Assembly (NCBI GenBank): GCA_002269645.1
Contig: NIVC01002760.1
Span: forward strand, 78,602-142,601
Origin: Macrostomum lignano
Lineage: Eukaryota
DNA length: 64,000 bases
Reading direction: 5' to 3'
The position numbers and the translations under genes were made by a program. This document shows positions 58,601 to 64,000 of this stretch, one piece after another (position 1 is the first letter of the stretch; each line of letters begins with the position of its first letter). The notes beneath the pieces are model-generated. The model was not told the DNA's origin. It searched no databases and was given only the letters and a program-made list of their open reading frames with translations.

Positions 58601-61600
58601 TTCTGGGGGTAAGAATCGTGAGGTTCTGGGGGTAAGAATCGTGAGGTTCTGGGGGTAAGAATCGTGAGGTTCTGGGGTAAGAATCGTGAGGTTCTGGGGT
58701 AAGAATCGTGAGGTTCTGGGGGTAAGAATCGTGAGGTTCTGGGGTAAGAATCGTGAGGTTCTGGGGTAAGAATCGTGAGGTTCTGGGGGTAAGAATCGTG
58801 AGGTTCTGGGGTAAGAATCGTGAGGTTCTGGGGGTAAGAATCGTGAGGTTCTGGGGGTAAGAATCGTGAGGTTCTGGGGTAAGAATCGTGAGGTTCTGGG
58901 GTAAGAATCGTGAGGTTCTGGGGGTAAGAATCGTGAGGTTCTGGGGTAAGAATCGTGAGGTTCTGGGGTAAGAATCGTGAGGTTCTGGGGTAAGAATCGT
59001 GAGGTTCTGGGGTAAGAATCGTGAGGTTCTGGGGTAAGAATCGTGAGGTTCTGGGGTAAGAATCGTGAGGTTCTGGGGTAAGAATCGTGAGGTTCTGGGG
59101 TAAGAATCGTGAGGTTCTGGGGTAAGAATCGTGAGGTTCTGGGGTAAGAATCGTGAGGTTCTGGGGTAAGAATCGTGAGGTTCTGGGGTAAGAATCGTGA
59201 GGTTCTGGGGTAAGAATCGTGAGGTTCTGGGGTAAGAATCGTGAGGTTCTGGGGTAAGAATCGTGAGGTTCTGGGGTAAGAATCGTGAGATTCTGGGGTA
59301 AGAATCGTGAGGTTCTGGGGTAAGAATCGTGAGGTTCTGGGGGTAAGAATCGTGAGGTTCTGGGGTAAGAATCGTGAGGTTCTGGGGTAAGAATCGTGAG
59401 GTTCTGGGGTAAGAATCGTGAGATTCTGGGGTAAGAATCGTGAGGTTCTGGGGTAAGAATCGTGAGGTTCTGGGGTAAGAATCGTGAGGTTCTGGGGGTA
59501 AGAATCGTGAGGTTCTGGGGTAAGAATCGTGAGGTTCTGGGGTAAGAATCGTGAGGTTCTGGGGTAAGAATCGTGAGGTTCTGGGGTAAGAATCGTGAGG
59601 TTCTGGGGTAAGAATCGTGAGGTTCTGGGGGTAAGAATCGTGAGATTCTGGGGTAAGAATCGTGAGGTTCTGGGGTAAGAATCGTGAGGTTCTGGGGGTA
59701 AGAATCGTGAGGTTCTGGGGTAAGAGTCGTGAGGTTCTGGGGTAAGAATCGTGAGGTTCTGGGGTAAGAATCGTGAGGTTCTGGGGTAAGAATCGTGAGG
59801 TTCTGGGGGTAAGAATCGTGAGGTTCTGGGGGTAAGAATCGTGAGGTTCTGGGGTAAGAATCGTGAGGTTCTGGGGTAAGAATCGTGAGGTTCTGGGGTA
59901 AGAATCGTGAGGTTCTGGGGTAAGAATCGTGAGGTTCTGGGGGTAAGAATCGTGAGGTTCTGGGGTAAGAATCGTGAGGTTCTGGGGGTAAGAATCGTGA
60001 GGTTCTGGGGTAAGAATCGTGAGGTTCTGGGGTAAGAATCGTGAGGTTCTGGGGGTAAGAATCGTGAGGTTCTGGGGTAAGAATCGTGAGGTTCTGGGGT
60101 AAGAATCGTGAGGTTCTGGGGTAAGAATCGTGAGGTTCTGGGGGTAAGAATCGTGAGGTTCTGGGGTAAGAATCGTGAGGTTCTGGGGTAAGAATCGTGA
60201 GGTTCTGGGGTAAGAATCGTGAGGTTCTGGGGGTAAGAATCGTGAGGTTCTGGGGTAAGAATCGTGAGGTTCTGGGGGTAAGAATCGTGAGGTTCTGGGG
60301 TAAGAATCGTGAGGTTCTGGGGTAAGAATCGTGAGGTTCTGGGGTAAGAATCGTGAGGTTCTGGGGTAAGAATCGTGAGGTTCTGGGGTAAGAATCGTGA
60401 GGTTCTGGGGTAAGAATCGTGAGGTTCTGGGGTAAGAATCGTGAGGTTCTGGGGGTAAGAATCGTGAGGTTCTGGGGTAAGAATCGTGAGGTTCTGGGGT
60501 AAGAATCGTGAGGTTCTGGGGTAAGAATCGTGAGGTTCTGGGGTAAGAATCGTGAGGTTCTGGGGTAAGAATCGTGAAGATTCTGGGGGTAAGAATCGTG
60601 AGGTTCTGGGGGTAAGAATCGTGAGGTTCTGGGGTAAGAATCGTGAGGTTCTGGGGTAAGAATCGTGAGGTTCTGGGGTAAGAATCGTGAGGTTCTGGGG
60701 TAAGAATCGTGAGATTCTGGGGGTAAGAATCGTGAGGTTCTGGGGTAAGAATCGTGAGGTTCTGGGGTAAGAATCGTGAGGTTCTGGGGGTAAGAATCGT
60801 GAGGTTCTGGGGTAAGAATCGTGAGGTTCTGGGGTAAGAATCGTGAGGTTCTGGGGTAAGAATCGTGAGTTCTGGGGGTAAGAATCGTGAGGTTCTGGGG
60901 TAAGAATCGTGAGGTTCTGGGGTAAGAATCGTGAGGTTCTGGGGTAAGAATCGTGAGGTTCTGGGGGTAAGAATCGTGAGGTTCTGGGGTAAGAATCGTG
61001 AGGTTCTGGGGTAAGAATCGTGAGGTTCTGGGGTAAGAATCGTGAGGTTCTGGGGGTAAGAATCGTGAGGTTCTGGGGTAAGAATCGTGAGGTTCTGGGG
61101 TAAGAATCGTGAGGTTCTGGGGGTAAGAATCGTGAGGTTCTGGGGTAAGAATCGTGAGGTTCTGGGGTAAGAATCGTGAGGTTCTGGGGTAAGAATCGTG
61201 AGGTTCTGGGGTAAGAATCGTGAGGTTCTGGGGGTAAGAATCGTGAGGTTCTGGGGGTAAGAATCGTGAGGTTCTGGGGGTAAGAATCGTGAGGTTCTGG
61301 GGTAAGAATCGTGAGGTTCTGGGGGTAAGAATCGTGAGGTTCTGGGGTAAGAATCGTGAGATTCTGGGGTAAGAATCGTGAGGTTCTGGGGTAAGAATCG
61401 TGAGGTTCTGGGGTAAGAATCGTGAGGTTCTGGGGGTAAGAATCGTGAGGTTCTGGGGTAAGAATCGTGAGGTTCTGGGGGTAAGAATCGTGAGATTCTG
61501 GGGTAAGAATCGTGAGGTTCTGGGGGTAAGAATCGTGAGGTTCTGGGGTAAGAATCGTGAGGTTCTGGGGTAAGAATCGTGAGGTTCTGGGGTAAGAATC

Positions 61601-64000
61601 GTGAGGTTCTGGGGGTAAGAATCGTGAGATTCTGGGGTAAGAATCGTGAGGTTCTGGGGTAAGAATCGTGAGGTTCTGGGGTAAGAATCGTGAGGTTCTG
61701 GGGGTAAGAATCGTGAGGTTCTGGGGTAAGAATCGTGAGGTTCTGGGGGTAAGAGTCGTGAGGTTCTGGGGTAAGAATCGTGAGGTTCTGGGGTAAGAAT
61801 CGTGAGGTTCTGGGGGTAAGAATCGTGAGATTCTGGGGTAAGAATCGTGAGGTTCTGGGGTAAGAATCGTGAGGTTCTGGGGTAAGAATCGTGAGGTTCT
61901 GGGGTAAGAATCGTGAGATTCTGGGGTAAGAATCGTGAGTTCTGGGGTAAGAGTCGTGAGATTCTGGGGTAAGAATCGTGAGATTCTGGGGTAAGAATCG
62001 TGAGGTTCTGGGGTAAGAATCGTGAGGTTCTGGGGGTAAGAATCGTGAGGTTCTGGGGGTAAGAATCGTGAGATTCTGGGGTAAGAATCGTGAGGTTCTG
62101 GGGGTAAGAATCGTGAGGTTCTGGGGGTAAGAATCGTGAGGTTCTGGGGTAAGAATCGTGAGGTTCTGGGGGTAAGAAATCGTGAGATTCTGGGGTAAGA
62201 ATCGTGAGATTCTGGGGTAAGAATCGTGAGATTCTGGGGTAAGAATCGTTAGAAATTCTGGGGGTAAGAATCGTGAGGTTCTGGGGTAAGAATCGTGAGG
62301 TTCTGGGGGTAAGAATCGTGAGGTTCTGGGGTAAGAATCGTGAGGTTCTGGGGGTAAGAATCGTTAGAAGATTCTGGGGTAAGAATCGTGAGGTTCTGGG
62401 GGGTAAGAATCGTTAGAGATTCTGGGGTAAGAATCGTGAGGTTCTGGGGGTAAGAATCGTGAGGTTCTGGGGTAAGAATCGTGAGGTTCTGGGGGTAAGA
62501 ATCGTGAGGTTCTGGGGGTAAGAATCGTGAGGTTCTGGGGTAAGAATCGTGAGGTTCTGGGGTAAGAATCGTGAGGTTCTGGGGGTAAGAATCGTGAGGT
62601 TCTGGGGTAAGAATCGTGAGGTTCTGGGGTAAGAATCGTGAGGTTCTGGGGGTAAGAATCGTGAGGTTCTGGGGTAAGAGTTAATCGTGAGGTTCTGGGG
62701 GTAAGAATCGTGAGATTCTGGGGTAAGAATCGTGAGGTTCTGGGGGTAAGAATCGTGAGGTTCTGGGGTAAGAATCGTGAGGTTCTGGGGTAAGAATCGT
62801 GAGGTTCTGGGGTAAGAGTCGTGAGGTTCTGGGGGTAAGAATCGTGAGGTTCTGGGGTAAGAATCGTGAGGTTCTGGGGTAAGAGTCGTGAGGTTCTGGG
62901 GTAAGAATCGTGAGGTTCTGGGGTAAGAATCGTGAGGTTCTGGGGGTAAGAATCGTGAGGTTCTGGGGTAAGAGTCGTGAGGTTCTGGGGGTAAGAATCG
63001 TGAGGTTCTGGGGTAAGAATCGTGAGGTTCTGGGGTAAGAATCGTGAGATTCTGGGGTAAGAATCGTGAGGTTCTGGGGTAAGAGTCGTGAGGTTCTGGG
63101 GTAAGAATCGTTGAGATTCTGGGGTAAGAATCGTGAGATTCTGGGGGTAAGAATCGTGAGGTTCTGGGGTAAGAGTCGTGAGATTCTGGGGTAAGAATCG
63201 TGAGATTCTGGGGGGGGGGTAAGAATCGTGAGATTCTGGGGTAAGAATCGTGAGGTTCTGGGGTAAGAATCGTGAGATTCTGGGGTAAGAATCGTGAGGT
63301 TCTGGGGTAAGAATCGTGAGGTTCTGGGGTAAGATCGTGAGATTCTGGGGTAAGAATCGTGAGATTCTGGGGTAAGAATCGTGAGATTCTGGGGGTAAGC
63401 ATCGTGAGATTCTGGGGGTAAGCATCGTGAGATTCTAGGGGTAAGCATCGTGAGATTCTGGGGGTAAGAATCGTTAGAAGATTCTGGGGGTAAGAATCGT
63501 GAGGTTCTGGGGTAAGAATCGTGAGATTCTGGGGGTAAGCATCGTGAGATTCTGGGGTAAGAATCGTGAGATTCTGGGGAAAGAATCGTGAGATTCTGGG
63601 GTAAGAATCGTGAGATTCTGGGGGTAAGAATCGTGAGATTCTGGGGGTAAGAATCGTGAGATTCTGGGGGTAAGAATCGAGAGATTCTGATGGTAAGAAT
63701 CGTGAGATTCTGGGGGTAAGAATCGTGAGGTTCTGGGGGTAAGAGTCGTGAGGTTCTGGGGTAAGAATCGTGAGGTTCTGGGGTAAGATCGTTAAAGAGA
63801 TCTGGGTAAGATCGTGAGGTTCTGGGGGTAAGATCGTTAGAAGATTCTGGGGGTAAGAATCGTGAGGTTCTGGGGTAAGAATCGTGAGATTCTGGGGGTA
63901 AGAATCGTGAGATTCTGGGGTAAGAATCGTGAGGTTCTGGGGGTAAGATCGTGAGATTCTGGGTAAAGAATCGTGAGGTTCTGGGGGTAAGAATCGTGAG
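46655..64000. repeat. Giant satellite, 22-23 bp unit (GGGG(G)TAAGAATCGTGAGGTTCT), more than 17.3 kb, in RIOK2 intron 2
   Basis: Direct reading. Variants include gagtc, gattct, ttagaagattct and ggtggt. The array runs to the window end. Confidence 0.99.

Noticed and set aside
47367-63448. PEPHDSYPRTSRFL ORFs
   Set aside because: Antisense translations of the 22-23 bp satellite.
46655-64000. CRISPR-like or telomeric array
   Set aside because: Units are contiguous with no unique spacers, there are no cas genes, and the context is eukaryotic. The unit is not TTAGGG-type.

Overview
Eukaryotic, intron-containing and very repeat-rich animal DNA. The GC-rich exons in AT-rich, minisatellite-filled introns resemble a free-living flatworm such as Macrostomum; this is inference only. 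Four host genes were reconstructed by reading splice sites: a DEK-C + SWIB protein (+, 8755-16965), CFAP221/PCDP1 (-, 33203-19233, 6 exons, about 941 aa), a class A peptide-type GPCR (+, 35426-37468, 3 exons, about 622 aa) and the first two exons of RIOK2 (+, 41085-46644). RIOK2 intron 2 is filled by a satellite of more than 17 kb (22-23 bp unit) that runs off the window. Mobile DNA comprises an internally deleted Ngaro-type tyrosine-recombinase retrotransposon with A1-ORFs-B1-A2-B2 split direct repeats (4400-7677), two copies of a tRNA/CORE-like SINE, several nested MITEs with TIRs and TSDs, and a Gypsy RT remnant. The most striking observation is that the complete spliced GPCR gene, with its upstream region and 3' end, lies between near-perfect 62-63 bp terminal inverted repeats. 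These have CAC...GTG termini and a near 4-bp target-site duplication (34601-37700), so this is a candidate Pack-type CMC/Chapaev-like transposon carrying an intact receptor gene. All long ORFs in tandem repeats are artefacts. No CRISPR, rRNA or true tRNA gene is supported.
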